This document shows, one piece after another, positions 1-9,729 of a stretch of 33,398 nucleotides of DNA. The notes beneath the pieces are model-generated. The model saw nothing but the letters and a program-made list of their open reading frames with translations. It did no database searches and was not told the origin of the DNA. The position numbers were made by a program, and so were the translations under genes. Every line of letters starts with the position of its first letter. The first letter of the stretch is position 1. The stretch covers positions 1 to 33,398 of the forward strand of contig JAGXSK010000054.1 in NCBI GenBank assembly GCA_018333845.1. The letters run 5' to 3'. The DNA comes from Clostridia bacterium (GTDB taxonomy: Bacteria; Bacillota; DSM-16504; Desulfitibacterales; Desulfitibacteraceae).

Positions 1-197
1 CTCTTGCAAATTAATTCTATGCTTGTTAAAATACTCTCGAAGCCTTTTTTATTGTTCTTGAATTTAAGGGTTTTCCATAATTCTAAGCCACGATAATCAA
101 CGAACCTTGCCCACTGTGTTTCTTTTGCTATATCTACTCCAACTACTAGTGTGCTTGGTGTTATTGCTTCTAACTTTTGAATGTTATTATTTTTCAT
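1..197 (-). CDS. IS110-family transposase, 5' part (runs off the left edge of the window)
   Basis: Not in the ORF track. Manual translation from ATG at 197 gives MKNNNIQKLEAITPSTLVVGVDIAKETQWARFVDYRGLELWKTLKFKNNKKGFESIL... The VGVDIAK motif carries the first Asp of the IS110 DEDD domain. AGGAGG RBS at 208-213. Confidence 0.85.
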   Translation of the reverse strand, partial: MKNNNIQKLEAITPSTLVVGVDIAKETQWARFVDYRGLELWKTLKFKNNKKGFESILTSIELICK

Positions 198-348
198 TTG
201 CTTACAACCTCCTGGTTATTATGATTTTTGTGCGTTTCTGAGGCACACATTAATCATAACAGGAGGTTTTTTAGTTTTCAAAGTTCATTTTCATGTATTA
301 CAGGAATGCTTGTACGTAATTAAATATATTTATATTCTACATGTTAGT

Positions 349-375
349 ATTCTACATGGTGAAGATATATCCTGC
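349..375 (-). promoter_or_regulatory. Sigma-H-like promoter
   Basis: Minus strand reads GCAGGA-N17-GAAT, matching the Firmicute sigma-H consensus (AGGA...GAAT). Confidence 0.55.
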
Positions 376-447
376 CAAAATTGTTAATAAATTTGAATGT
401 TTATAAAAAATTTTTAAGCATTTTTTAACAATAAAAAGACGGTATAA

Positions 448-1797
448 TCACCGTCCAAAAAAAGCTGCTATTTTTAAGCTGAAACGCACCAAAGGGTGTC
501 TGGTACTTGCTTTTAGCATTCTATTTTCCTTTCTAAGATCGTGGAACTCTAACTCCAGCATTTCCATTGAATACCTTCGTTCTTCACTTTCTTGGATAAT
601 CCTGCGCAATTCAGCAGTTAACTTGCCAATTTCATTTTTAAATTCCCTTTCTTCATTTTTAGCTTTAGTTATTATTTTTTCTAACTGATGCTTAAGGTTT
701 ACATTTTCCCTGATTACTTCGGCTTTTTCTGTAGCATTTTTGTCTTTTTGCTGGGCAAATCTATAACGCAATTGCCTTTCCCTTTCAGTTAATTCAGCTA
801 ATTCATCTTTTAGTCTATTAATTTCTAGTGCTAACTTTTCATTTTCTTGTTCTTTAAGCTTTGCCTTGTTTACCCACAATCTACATTGATAGAGAATAGA
901 ATCGGCTTTTTTCTCTGCCTTTTGTTTTTCTTCTTTAACTCTATATAATTCTCGCTTCCTTAATGATAGCAGTAAATCCTTTTCAGCAAATCTTTGTATT
1001 AAATGATCATAATCCTCCATGTTTTGATTCTTTTCTGCCAGGGAAGCAGCAATTTGCTTTTTTGCTGCATAAATTTCTCTAAATTGCAGTTCCTGATTCT
1101 TAATTTTTTCTGATAGTTTATGTTTTTGGGAAAGATGTTTAAGCTGTTGTCTATTTAGAGTTTTAAGATATTTTTCCAAAGTTTTCTCATAAGTAGACCT
1201 AGCTTCAGCAAAATATAACCATTTGTCATCCTGCTTGCGAAAATAGGGATACTTATGTAAAAGGTCACGAACTGCACAGGGGCATGCCTTTTTCCATGTT
1301 TCAACCTTATCCTGGATTTCATCATATGTTAATCCATTTGTATTTTTATATAAAACTTTTATTATTACATGTCTTAAACGATAATCATTAACATCAACTT
1401 CCCAGTCAGTCAAACCCCAGTTTCCACCTTCTAGCTGGACAAAGCGACCATCTGAATTAAGATTGGTTGGATGGCTAACAACTTTAGTATTCTTACGGCT
1501 TTTTTTTGCGCTGGTTGTAGAAGAAAACTTTAATGGCCTCTGATGTTTAAATAGCATATTAAAGAATTGATCATTTTCCCTTAATCCTTGTTTGTCCATG
1601 TACCAGATATAATCATCACAGGAATAAAAACAAGCACATTGATGGAGGCATGAATTTACAAAGCTTTGGGCTTGTTGGAAGGTATAATCCTGGAGCATCT
1701 TGCGCTGAATATACCTTGTTAATTCAATGACTGTTAGGCCCTCTGCAAAATAAAGGTTCTTTTTAAGCAAATCAACCAAAGAATGAAGTTTTGTCAC
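448..1797 (-). CDS. Hypothetical protein with HARE-HTH/RNAP-delta-like winged-helix motif(s) and a long C-terminal coiled coil
   Basis: 449-aa ORF, GTG start with GGAAGGGTGG RBS. LNSDGRFVQLEGGNWGLTDW resembles the RpoE/HARE-HTH wing. The C-terminal half is E/K/Q/L-rich heptads. Confidence 0.6.
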   Translation of the reverse strand: MTKLHSLVDLLKKNLYFAEGLTVIELTRYIQRKMLQDYTFQQAQSFVNSCLHQCACFYSCDDYIWYMDKQGLRENDQFFNMLFKHQRPLKFSSTTSAKKSRKNTKVVSHPTNLNSDGRFVQLEGGNWGLTDWEVDVNDYRLRHVIIKVLYKNTNGLTYDEIQDKVETWKKACPCAVRDLLHKYPYFRKQDDKWLYFAEARSTYEKTLEKYLKTLNRQQLKHLSQKHKLSEKIKNQELQFREIYAAKKQIAASLAEKNQNMEDYDHLIQRFAEKDLLLSLRKRELYRVKEEKQKAEKKADSILYQCRLWVNKAKLKEQENEKLALEINRLKDELAELTERERQLRYRFAQQKDKNATEKAEVIRENVNLKHQLEKIITKAKNEEREFKNEIGKLTAELRRIIQESEERRYSMEMLELEFHDLRKENRMLKASTRHPLVRFSLKIAAFFGR

Positions 1798-1983
1798 TAT
1801 TCTACCACCCTTCCAAAGTCAGTAAACTATAAAACTACATATTTTACTTCTTAAGGTGGTTTTCCTGCCAAATAGCAGGAATTTATTCCATAAAATTCCT
1901 GCATATTCTCTGTAATATCTACATTTTTGCCTTTAGGTTTAATAAGAATCGATAATAAGTTATTTATTAAGACAATCTAAAAC

Positions 1984-2005
1984 AAAAAAGCACCAAAAAA
2001 GGTGC
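1984..2005 (-). terminator. Intrinsic terminator after menG
   Basis: Minus strand GCACC-TTTTTT-GGTGC followed by a T run. Confidence 0.55.
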
Positions 2006-2020
2006 CAAAGGGCATCTCGA

Positions 2021-2755
2021 TTATTCTGGTACAGTTCCTACGTGTACAGCTACTATTCCACCTGTAAGCTCAATATAATGGGGGTTAATTAGTCCCACAT
2101 CCCCAAACATATCTCTTATTTTTTCCTGGTGAGGAAAAACCTTGAGTGAGTTTGGAAGATAAGTATAAGGTCCTTCTTTGCCAATTCCCAGTTTACCCAT
2201 TATGGGAACTAGATGATTAAAGTATAAATAATATAACTGTTTAAACACAGGGGCCGATGGTTTTGCTAATTCAAGGGAAACAACCTTTCCCCCAGGCCTG
2301 ACTACCCTTTTCATTTCTTTGATGGTTTTTTCAACAGATGGAACATTTCTTAAGGCAAAACCAATTGTAGCACCATCAAACTCATTGTCTGACAGTGGTA
2401 GATTTGTAGCATCACCTTTAAGCCATCTAATATTGTTCTTGTATTTTTCGGGAGTTTTTTTCAGTGCAATTGCCAGCATATCTTCACAAAAGTCAACCCC
2501 CACAACTTCTCCTTTGACACCTACTCTTTTGGCCTGTTCAAAGGCGAGCTCACCTGTTCCACAGCAAACATCTATTCCTTTACTGCCTTTACTTAGTTCT
2601 GTTTTATCAACGGCTATTTTTCTCCAAAATTTATCTCTATTAAAGCTTAGAATTGTATTTAACAGGTCATATTTTGGGGCAATGGTTGAAAATATAGAAT
2701 GAACGTATTCTTCTTTTGAGCTATAGCTTTTTGGCAGCTTCAATTCTTTAGTCAT
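2021..2755 (-). CDS. menG: Demethylmenaquinone methyltransferase (UbiE/MenG)
   Basis: Motifs FSTIAPKYDLLN, DVCCGTG (SAM motif I), FALRNV, RVVRPGG and YTYLPNS. Confidence 0.92.
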   Translation of the reverse strand: MTKELKLPKSYSSKEEYVHSIFSTIAPKYDLLNTILSFNRDKFWRKIAVDKTELSKGSKGIDVCCGTGELAFEQAKRVGVKGEVVGVDFCEDMLAIALKKTPEKYKNNIRWLKGDATNLPLSDNEFDGATIGFALRNVPSVEKTIKEMKRVVRPGGKVVSLELAKPSAPVFKQLYYLYFNHLVPIMGKLGIGKEGPYTYLPNSLKVFPHQEKIRDMFGDVGLINPHYIELTGGIVAVHVGTVPE

Positions 2756-2765
2756 ATCCTTTCTC

Positions 2766-3506
2766 CTAACAAACTTTGCTATTTACTTCCAAGATACTTG
2801 ATTTAAAGCTGTTAACTATTTGTTGGAAGTTAGTAATTTTTTCTTTGTTTTTACTTAAAGAACCTATAATTGATATTTGCTCTTCTACCTCTTCAATATA
2901 ACTTAAAACCTTTGAGACAGCTGGCTTTTTGTCCTCAAGCAAACCAAAAATCAACCCTAGGATAAACCCAATTTCTTTTAAAGAGTTCATAGCCCTATCT
3001 GGGGCCTTTGCAAAATTGGCCCCTAGCATGCAAGATACTTCCCCTAGAGAAGCACTTTCCTTGGAAATAGTATTAAGAGTATTGGTCTTGATGGAATTAT
3101 TCTCAAAACGCTCCATGGAGCCAAGCTGCATTGTGCTAATAGTTTGTGATAGTGGAGCCAGCCATTCTATCATGTCATATTTACAAAGATTTTGAAAAAA
3201 CATGGAGAATAAATAATCTCCAACCAACACAGGGTATTCAGGCTTATCACCTTCATATTTATGAATTTCTGATGCCAGATAGATTAATTGAATTATAGCT
3301 GCCATGTTAATAACCTTAACATTTGTGTCTCTTTTAAATAGTGAATAACTTAGGAGAAATATTTTTGGATAAAAATGTCTCTTTTTGCTTTCTATGTTAA
3401 ACTGTGCCAGGTCCCAGATACACTTATTTTTTATGTTAAAATCATTTAGTAGCATCTGGTCAGACAGTGTAAGCTGGTTATCTAAAAAATTAATTATTGT
3501 GGCCAT
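2766..3506 (-). CDS. Degenerate polyprenyl diphosphate synthase-like protein (probable non-catalytic heptaprenyl synthase component)
   Basis: AAIIQLIYLASEIH and VLVGDYLFS match the polyprenyl synthase fold, but the DDxxD motifs are absent. Lies immediately upstream of menG. Start moved to ATG 3506 after a GGGGGTGG RBS. Confidence 0.7.
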   Translation of the reverse strand: MATIINFLDNQLTLSDQMLLNDFNIKNKCIWDLAQFNIESKKRHFYPKIFLLSYSLFKRDTNVKVINMAAIIQLIYLASEIHKYEGDKPEYPVLVGDYLFSMFFQNLCKYDMIEWLAPLSQTISTMQLGSMERFENNSIKTNTLNTISKESASLGEVSCMLGANFAKAPDRAMNSLKEIGFILGLIFGLLEDKKPAVSKVLSYIEEVEEQISIIGSLSKNKEKITNFQQIVNSFKSSILEVNSKVC

Positions 3507-3546
3507 GCAGCCACCCCCTACTAACATAATCTTTAAATAAATATAT

Positions 3547-3573
3547 ATTCTCCTAATAAAGAAGGTTTCCTTC
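3547..3573 (-). promoter_or_regulatory. Sigma-H-like promoter for the prenyl synthase-menG pair
   Basis: Minus strand GAAGGA-N17-GAAT about 40 bp upstream of the start codon. Confidence 0.5.
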
Positions 3574-3608
3574 TTTCTTCATTGAATTTTAATGCCACTT
3601 AAAATATA

Positions 3609-3649
3609 AAAAGCCCTATAATACCTTTTTTATAAGGGTATTATAAGGC
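3609..3649 (-). terminator. Intrinsic terminator after speD
   Basis: Long imperfect hairpin GCC(C)TATAATACC...GGTATTATA(A)GGC with flanking A/T runs. Confidence 0.6.
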
Positions 3650-3694
3650 AAAACTAACCTTCATTATCCTTGATAAATAAAATAAATATCCCTC

Positions 3695-4075
3695 CTATTG
3701 ATTTACCGCCTTTTTACCACAGGAGAAGCTATCAATACCCCTTAACACTTCCTTGCACTCGACAGATTGGGCATTAAACATTTCCGTTAGGTAATTACAG
3801 GCATCCCATGGATTAACCGTTTCACCACAAGTAAAAACGTCCACTGCAGCGTAACCCAACTCTGGCCAGGTATGAATTGCTAAATGTGATTCTGAAATAA
3901 CCACAACACCACTTACTCCCTGTGGGCTGAACTTATGAAACACTGCTTCTCTTACCTCTGCTCCAGCTTCTAAGGCAGCTTTCACCATAATTCTTTCCAC
4001 TTTTTCAGCATCATTTAAAATTTCAAATTGACATCCATAGATTTCAGCCAAAATATGGCGACCCAATGCGTTCAA
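3695..4075 (-). CDS. speD: S-adenosylmethionine decarboxylase proenzyme
   Basis: [24 protein letters not shown] contains the E|SH pyruvoyl cleavage site. Also DVFTCG. Confidence 0.95.
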   Translation of the reverse strand: MNALGRHILAEIYGCQFEILNDAEKVERIMVKAALEAGAEVREAVFHKFSPQGVSGVVVISESHLAIHTWPELGYAAVDVFTCGETVNPWDACNYLTEMFNAQSVECKEVLRGIDSFSCGKKAVNQ

Positions 4076-4148
4076 TTATCATTCCTCCTATCCAAGATTA
4101 ATACAAGCTCAATTTTAAACCACCTAAATATTGCTGTCAATGAAATTT

Positions 4149-6380
4149 TTATGATTTTTGTACAATTTTCTCGTTATTATATAATAGTCCTCCAAGATAT
4201 AATAATGGTCCAACAGCATAGATTAGCATGGTAGCAGCTGCCACTATTCCAGAGTCATTGAATAATAAAGCAGCAATGCTTGCCAGTATAATGGCAAATA
4301 GCCCATGATATATTTGTGAAAAGTTGGCTTTAAGCTTTTGAATTAAATATATAGGCTTAAAGAAAGCAACAATTAGGGCTGCCATGGCCAGGAGGAAAAC
4401 CCTACTCCAAATAGTGTAGCGAAAAAGCTTTATATTCATGCCAATTTTCCTGACAATTATATCATATATTGGTTGAATACCTTCAGATAAGACCATAGCA
4501 GCTGTTCTGCCAAAATGAGACTGTAAGCTGGTATCTCGCATACTGTCTAACACTGTCAGGAGTAAAACAGAGACAATACCAAATACACCTGCTGCCGCAA
4601 TTTGAAGGATAGTTATCCTTTCCAGATATAGTTGATGTATTAAATAACTAAATCCCACTACTGCTGCAATTGTTCCGCCAAGGTTGCTTCCCCATTTGGG
4701 AGAAGCAATCAAGTAGATGGCCACAAATAAGTATATGATGCTAATTCCCAATACGTATTTATTGTCTTTAAATCTATCAAGAAGACCACTAATACCTATT
4801 ATACTAGAACCTATTAATACTCCCGCAAATTCATTGCCAATTCCATAATACCTGGCACCTGCTAGAGGATCGTAGCCTAATGTTGATTTCTTTATCAATT
4901 GTGCTCCTAAATATAAGTCAATCAAAATTGCCAGAGATGTAAAAAGACCTATTAAAATAAATGGGCTGAGCAAATGGTTATAACTTCTCGTTTTTAAAAA
5001 TAGCTCCAGCAGCAGAGATATGGCGAGCAATCCAAGGCTTAGAAGCAGGGCTATAGTAGTATATGCAAATAGTGATGTTATAGGAACTAAACCAACTAAA
5101 AGCAAACCAAAAGGTATAGACATTAAAAATAGCAAGGGAAATCTTAAATATAACAGGAATCTTGGGATAAAGAACATCATTATCATAGCTAAAACCAGGG
5201 TAACTATTTGTAATGAAATATATCCTTTCACCAGGATTGGGCGTGTATTATAAATAAACTGCATGGCATGATTCATATTTGTCAAATAGTCCAAGGTTTC
5301 ATATTCTACCATTTGTGATATGACAGGTCTGCCTATAAGGTGATGCTTGCTATCTAAGTTAAGACTAGAAAGAATTGTTGGCAAAATGTCAATATTTGAA
5401 ACAATACCTTCTCTTCTAGTGCTTGCACTTGTTAATATCCCAGGTTCTACTCCCTTTCCCCATAAAATTATTGGCACCATCAGATTACGTACTCTATTCT
5501 GTTCACGGGTGGGTGCTGGACTTAAAATGATTAAAAAATCCTTATCTGGGTCTAAATCTTGGATTAAATTAGATAAGAACAAGTCCTGCAATTGCACAAT
5601 CCTATTTTTAGTTTGCTGAAACTGCCTTTCGTTGACCATTTCTTGTATAAGATGAAGCCTATTCCAATCCCCAAGATCAATTCCAACTATAGAAACGTCA
5701 GAAGAATTTTTAAATATTGTATGTATTCTATTATAGTCAGTAAAATAGCTTAGTGCTCCTAAACCCATTTCGCTAATTGTGTCAAAATATGCTGTTGGAA
5801 TCCTGCCCTTACTATCCATAAACATTAAGGCCATTTGGTTTTGAACAAGACCCATATAACCACTATTTCCAATAACTACAGAAGAAAGGCCATTTTCCTT
5901 TAGAATATCACCTAGTCTCCCCCAATGACGTTTTTCTGAATTTTTAACCCTCTTAGATGATTGTGCAATATCCAAAACTACACCGCCGCTAATGTATGGT
6001 GTTTCTCCTATTAATCGCTCATATATGCTGCCTGCCTTTTCTCCATTATATAACTCAGATGTAGCATGTATTAGGGGTGATGTGTTACCCCATTGACTAA
6101 TGGTGCCTGAACCAATGGTTACGAAACCATTTTCTCTGGTTCGAGGCCCAGCTGTACTGGTATTCATTAAGCCAATAGAGCCTTCGCTAATAATCCTTTT
6201 AAGGTTGTAAAAGGGGTAACTTTTTATTTCTTCAATAGTTAAACCTCCCAGATCAATAATAATTACTCGGGAGGCATGATTTGTTAAGTCAGCATTTTTA
6301 GCAGGAGATGGGCAGCTAATTCCCAACACCAGTAAAATAAGAATTGCTAACAAATATAGTTTATAAAATATCAATCTCAT
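4149..6380 (-). CDS. Large membrane protein with an N-terminal extracellular alkaline-phosphatase-like domain and multiple C-terminal TM helices
   Basis: Signal-like N-terminus, SASTRREGIVSNIDILPTIL, GARYYGIGNE, about 10 hydrophobic segments. Co-oriented 10 bp downstream of the GT4 gene. Confidence 0.65.
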   Translation of the reverse strand: MRLIFYKLYLLAILILLVLGISCPSPAKNADLTNHASRVIIIDLGGLTIEEIKSYPFYNLKRIISEGSIGLMNTSTAGPRTRENGFVTIGSGTISQWGNTSPLIHATSELYNGEKAGSIYERLIGETPYISGGVVLDIAQSSKRVKNSEKRHWGRLGDILKENGLSSVVIGNSGYMGLVQNQMALMFMDSKGRIPTAYFDTISEMGLGALSYFTDYNRIHTIFKNSSDVSIVGIDLGDWNRLHLIQEMVNERQFQQTKNRIVQLQDLFLSNLIQDLDPDKDFLIILSPAPTREQNRVRNLMVPIILWGKGVEPGILTSASTRREGIVSNIDILPTILSSLNLDSKHHLIGRPVISQMVEYETLDYLTNMNHAMQFIYNTRPILVKGYISLQIVTLVLAMIMMFFIPRFLLYLRFPLLFLMSIPFGLLLVGLVPITSLFAYTTIALLLSLGLLAISLLLELFLKTRSYNHLLSPFILIGLFTSLAILIDLYLGAQLIKKSTLGYDPLAGARYYGIGNEFAGVLIGSSIIGISGLLDRFKDNKYVLGISIIYLFVAIYLIASPKWGSNLGGTIAAVVGFSYLIHQLYLERITILQIAAAGVFGIVSVLLLTVLDSMRDTSLQSHFGRTAAMVLSEGIQPIYDIIVRKIGMNIKLFRYTIWSRVFLLAMAALIVAFFKPIYLIQKLKANFSQIYHGLFAIILASIAALLFNDSGIVAAATMLIYAVGPLLYLGGLLYNNEKIVQKS

Positions 6381-6390
6381 TTCTAACCCC

Positions 6391-7578
6391 TCAATAGTTT
6401 AAATTAGCAGCTGCTTCCTTTTCTATATCATTTGCTATTTTTAGCCCCTTTGATAATAAAACCTTTTCATAAATTTTTTCAGTATCAGCAATCATTTTAT
6501 CTAAAGTAAACTTTTCTTCAACTATCCGCCTTGCCGTATTCCCCAGCCTTTCTGCTTTTTGTCTGTGAATTAATAATTCTAATACACTACGGGATAATCC
6601 ATTAATATCACCCTTTTTAACAACAAGGCCTGTTTCTTCGTTAATTATAAGTTCTGAAAGACCTCCAGTATTGTAAGCAACTATTGGTCTTCTGGAAGCC
6701 ATTGCTTCAAGGGCTGTAATAGACAATCCTTCGCTTAAGGATGGAATTACAAGAACATTTATTATAGGAAGAAGCATAGGTATATCTTTTCTATAACCGC
6801 AAAATATTATACGAGCTTCAATACCCATATCATAAGCCTGGTTAACTAAGGCATCTCTTTGTGGACCACTGCCTATTATAAGAAATTGACAGCCGGGGAG
6901 CTTTTTACTTACTATGTCAGCCATCTTCAAAAAGTGCTGTACTCCCTTTTGAGGTATTAACCTTGCTATTACACCAACTACTGGCTCCCTAATATCTAGA
7001 TGTAATGCTTCCTTGGCATCATTACAATCCAACATCATTTCAAAATCCTTTAGATTAACACCATTGTATACAACAGACATCTTGTCTTTAGGAATATTTT
7101 CATGAAAACAAACATTGTCTGCCAAGGCCTTTGAAACTCCAATGTAATGATCAGCTTGTGGAATAAACTGCCTTTGGAAATAGGAAAATAATTTGCCTTT
7201 CAACCAGGATGTTGGGAATTGATAAATAAAATTGTGTATAGTACTAACTGTGCATAGAGATCCACCAAATCTTTTTGCTCCTAGTCTTCCCAATATACTA
7301 GCCTTGGTTCCATGAGTATGAAGTATATTTGGCTTTTCAATATTAATAATGTGTATTAATTTGTTTAAGGTTCTTATATCTTTACCAGGAGCTATGTCAT
7401 CTGTTAACTCCAAATTATAGACCTTACATGTAATGTCCATTTTTGCAGCAACTGTGGCTGGGCATACCAGTACTGATTCATAAATACCCTGATTGACATG
7501 CTTTAGCAAATTTTCTACATGGTTTTTCATACCGCCTTCAGCAGGACGTAAAATATGCATTATTTTAAATGTAGTCAT
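6391..7578 (-). CDS. Glycosyltransferase family 4
   Basis: Motifs GGMKNHV, HTHG, VVYNGV, ARLIPQKG and SEGLSITALEAMA (EX7E). Confidence 0.9.
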   Translation of the reverse strand: MTTFKIMHILRPAEGGMKNHVENLLKHVNQGIYESVLVCPATVAAKMDITCKVYNLELTDDIAPGKDIRTLNKLIHIINIEKPNILHTHGTKASILGRLGAKRFGGSLCTVSTIHNFIYQFPTSWLKGKLFSYFQRQFIPQADHYIGVSKALADNVCFHENIPKDKMSVVYNGVNLKDFEMMLDCNDAKEALHLDIREPVVGVIARLIPQKGVQHFLKMADIVSKKLPGCQFLIIGSGPQRDALVNQAYDMGIEARIIFCGYRKDIPMLLPIINVLVIPSLSEGLSITALEAMASRRPIVAYNTGGLSELIINEETGLVVKKGDINGLSRSVLELLIHRQKAERLGNTARRIVEEKFTLDKMIADTEKIYEKVLLSKGLKIANDIEKEAAANLNY

Positions 7579-7778
7579 TTTAATAACCTCACTTTTCGTT
7601 TCATTACTAATATACCCATGATTTTTTGGTCAATATGTATGAAGTTTTTTCATTAGTTGTGGTAAAGTTCTAAACATAAAAAAAAATGCTATGGTTATTC
7701 CTGGCAAATCATTGATATAAGGAATAACTTAATAATTTTTATGATTAGACAGTGGCAGAAATTGCAGGCTTAAAGCTA

Positions 7779-7803
7779 AAATTTTTAGTTCTGACTAACA
7801 ATT
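7779..7803. promoter_or_regulatory. Candidate DtxR/MntR-family operator upstream of mntR
   Basis: Imperfect palindrome AATTTTTAG-TTCTGA-CTAACAATT (TTAG-N6-CTAA core). Autoregulation is inferred. Confidence 0.35.
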
Positions 7804-7862
7804 GTTTGGAATAAAACAAATGTAAGAAAGCTGTTTTGGAGTGATAAAGACTGAAAGAATTC

Positions 7863-7903
7863 TTTCATTACGTTTTGTGTCTTGAGCGAAGAGAAAGGAA
7901 TGG
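7863..7903 (+). repeat. 41-bp dispersed leader repeat, copy 1 (contains the mntR RBS)
   Basis: TTTCATTACGTTTTGTGTCTTGAGCGAAGAGAAAGGAATGG, 39/41 identical to the reverse complement of 16542-16582. Confidence 0.9.
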
Positions 7904-7911
7904 TTATATAA

Positions 7912-8394
7912 ATGAATAAAAAAATTGAAGAGTTTTATACTGCCCGAGGCTATGAAATCAGTGCGGGGGAAAATGTATTAACTCCTAGCATGGAGGATTA
8001 TCTAGAGATGATTTATAGACTAAGTCATGAAGTAGGATATACACGAGTAAATGAACTTGCTGATAAACTTAATGTTCAGCCTCCTTCAGTAACAAAAATG
8101 ATTCAAAAGCTAAGTGAAAAATCCCTTTTAAATTATGAAAAATATGGAATGGTTCACCTTACTGAAGAAGGGAAAAAATTAGGAAAGTTTTTTTTAGAGA
8201 GGCACAATACTCTCAAGGAATTCTTAAACTTAATTGGAGCCAATGACAATCTTCAAAAGGATGTTGAAACCATGGAGCATTATATCAGCTACAATACCTT
8301 TGAGGTTATTTCAGCCCTGGTAAGCTTTATGAAGGAAAATCATGAATTTAAAAATAATTTCAGCATTTATAAGGAAAAGTTCCTTAACAGATAA
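7912..8394 (+). CDS. mntR: DtxR/MntR-family metal-dependent transcriptional regulator
   Basis: Motifs TPSMEDYLEMIY, LNVQPPSVTKMIQKL, YEKYG, RHNTL and VETMEH. Confidence 0.88.
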   Translation: MNKKIEEFYTARGYEISAGENVLTPSMEDYLEMIYRLSHEVGYTRVNELADKLNVQPPSVTKMIQKLSEKSLLNYEKYGMVHLTEEGKKLGKFFLERHNTLKEFLNLIGANDNLQKDVETMEHYISYNTFEVISALVSFMKENHEFKNNFSIYKEKFLNR

Positions 8395-8479
8395 AAAAGG
8401 TGCACCAATTATACCTAATCTGGTGCTGAACTCTATACTACACGAACCCTACTTGCTCAGTTTATACATTGCATATTGG

Positions 8480-8625
8480 TTCACCTGTACTATGGCAACC
8501 ATCTAGCTCTAACACCCTTCCGTAATAATAACTTCCACTTTCATCGGTAATTGGTTGTATTATAATAATTATACGGTAAACTCATAAAGTACTTAATGTC
8601 TTTTTTGTCCATCGTCAGTTCACCT
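8480..8625 (-). pseudogene. hicB-like antitoxin 5' fragment (frameshifted), direct repeat of 15672-15815
   Basis: ATG 8612 gives MDKKDIKYFMSLPYNY, then a +1 shift to IQPITDESGSYYYGRVLELDGCHSTGE, then truncation. About 145 bp are highly similar to the second copy. Confidence 0.8.
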
Positions 8626-8749
8626 TATCCTTTAATTGCATTGTTATATCTCCTGTAGGTTACAGTATCAGTACCGGCCTAAAATAACAAGGCTACCTTT
8701 CAGGTTGAAGTCTCTTTGACCTTATCATTGTAATGGGTTAAAATCCTAT

Positions 8750-9304
8750 TTATATTTCCCCTACTTCTTTTAATAATTGAAGATACAATGCCTTAGAAAT
8801 CCTAAAATTATAATCTATTAATCGATCTAGGGATATTTGCAAAGACTTTATTCTTCCGGTTAGTTTAGCAATTTTCAACAAACCAATAATTCCAGTAGAT
8901 TCAAGTAATAAAGTTTCTGCTAACGTTCTAGCTGCTTTATCATCTAATAACAAATATGACGCACCTAATTCTCTTGCTGCTGTTATTACTTCTAATTCTC
9001 CTTTATGCAGCTTTCCTGTAAAACGGTTAACAAGAACTGTATCTTTAACAGAATAGATTTTAATATTTCCATCTTTAACAGCCTTGCTCAGTTCATTGGA
9101 ACCAATATAATTTCTCCCACGACTAACAGCTATAGTGTCGTCCCAGATAGCATTCTTATCAAATGCATCAGTAAAATAACTTTTAGATTTGGCTAGCTCA
9201 TCAATAGTTATAGTATATAGTGCCTCCACTAATTTATCTAAATCATAGAAATCACCACTTATACTTACACCTGCTAGATTTTCTGTATTTCTAACTATAA
9301 GCAT
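8750..9304 (-). pseudogene. Probable chimeric ORF: DUF6904-like N-terminus fused to a DUF3368/PIN-like C-terminus
   Basis: N-terminus MLIVRNTENLAGVSISGDFYDLDKLVEAL. C-terminus LHKGELEVI...LLDDKAAR...TGIIGLL...FRIS. The usual N-terminal PIN Asp motif is missing. Confidence 0.55.
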
Positions 9305-9453
9305 TATTGAACCTTCTTCTTGTATAATTTGCCCCTATAAATATTATTCTTTAAGAAACTCTTTTCACTAAAACATTCAGCCATTTTTCCGTGCTTCTAC
9401 CAGGTCTAACATCCTCTGTCACCCAAGTCTTTATTAATTCCAGTTCCTCATGC

Positions 9454-9600
9454 TTATTCTTCATATAACTTAATTGCTTCATGGTTAGGAAGGTCATTTA
9501 ACCAAAGTGACCATAATTGTTCGTTAATATTAGTAACAACAGGGTTTCTTAATTCATTTAATGCCTTAATATAATTAAATACTTGTTTTACCTTTCTCAC
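9454..9600 (-). pseudogene. N-terminal stub resembling large SF1-helicase/AAA-domain proteins
   Basis: KVKQVFNYIKALNELRNPVVTNINEQLWSLWLNDLPNH followed by an early stop. Family recognised from memory only. Confidence 0.35.
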
Positions 9601-9729
9601 CCTGACTTCAGCTTGAACAGCCAAAAGTATCAACCCCTTCAAAAAAATATAGGAATTACATTTGAAATATGATATTTAGTGCCTCTTTTAGTGCTAAAAT
9701 CTCGTCTTCTGATAGAGTAATACCTTTAC

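Noticed and set aside
181-387. 68-aa plus-strand ORF in the track
   Set aside because: Antisense to the IS110 start and its leader hairpin, with no RBS or recognisable motif.
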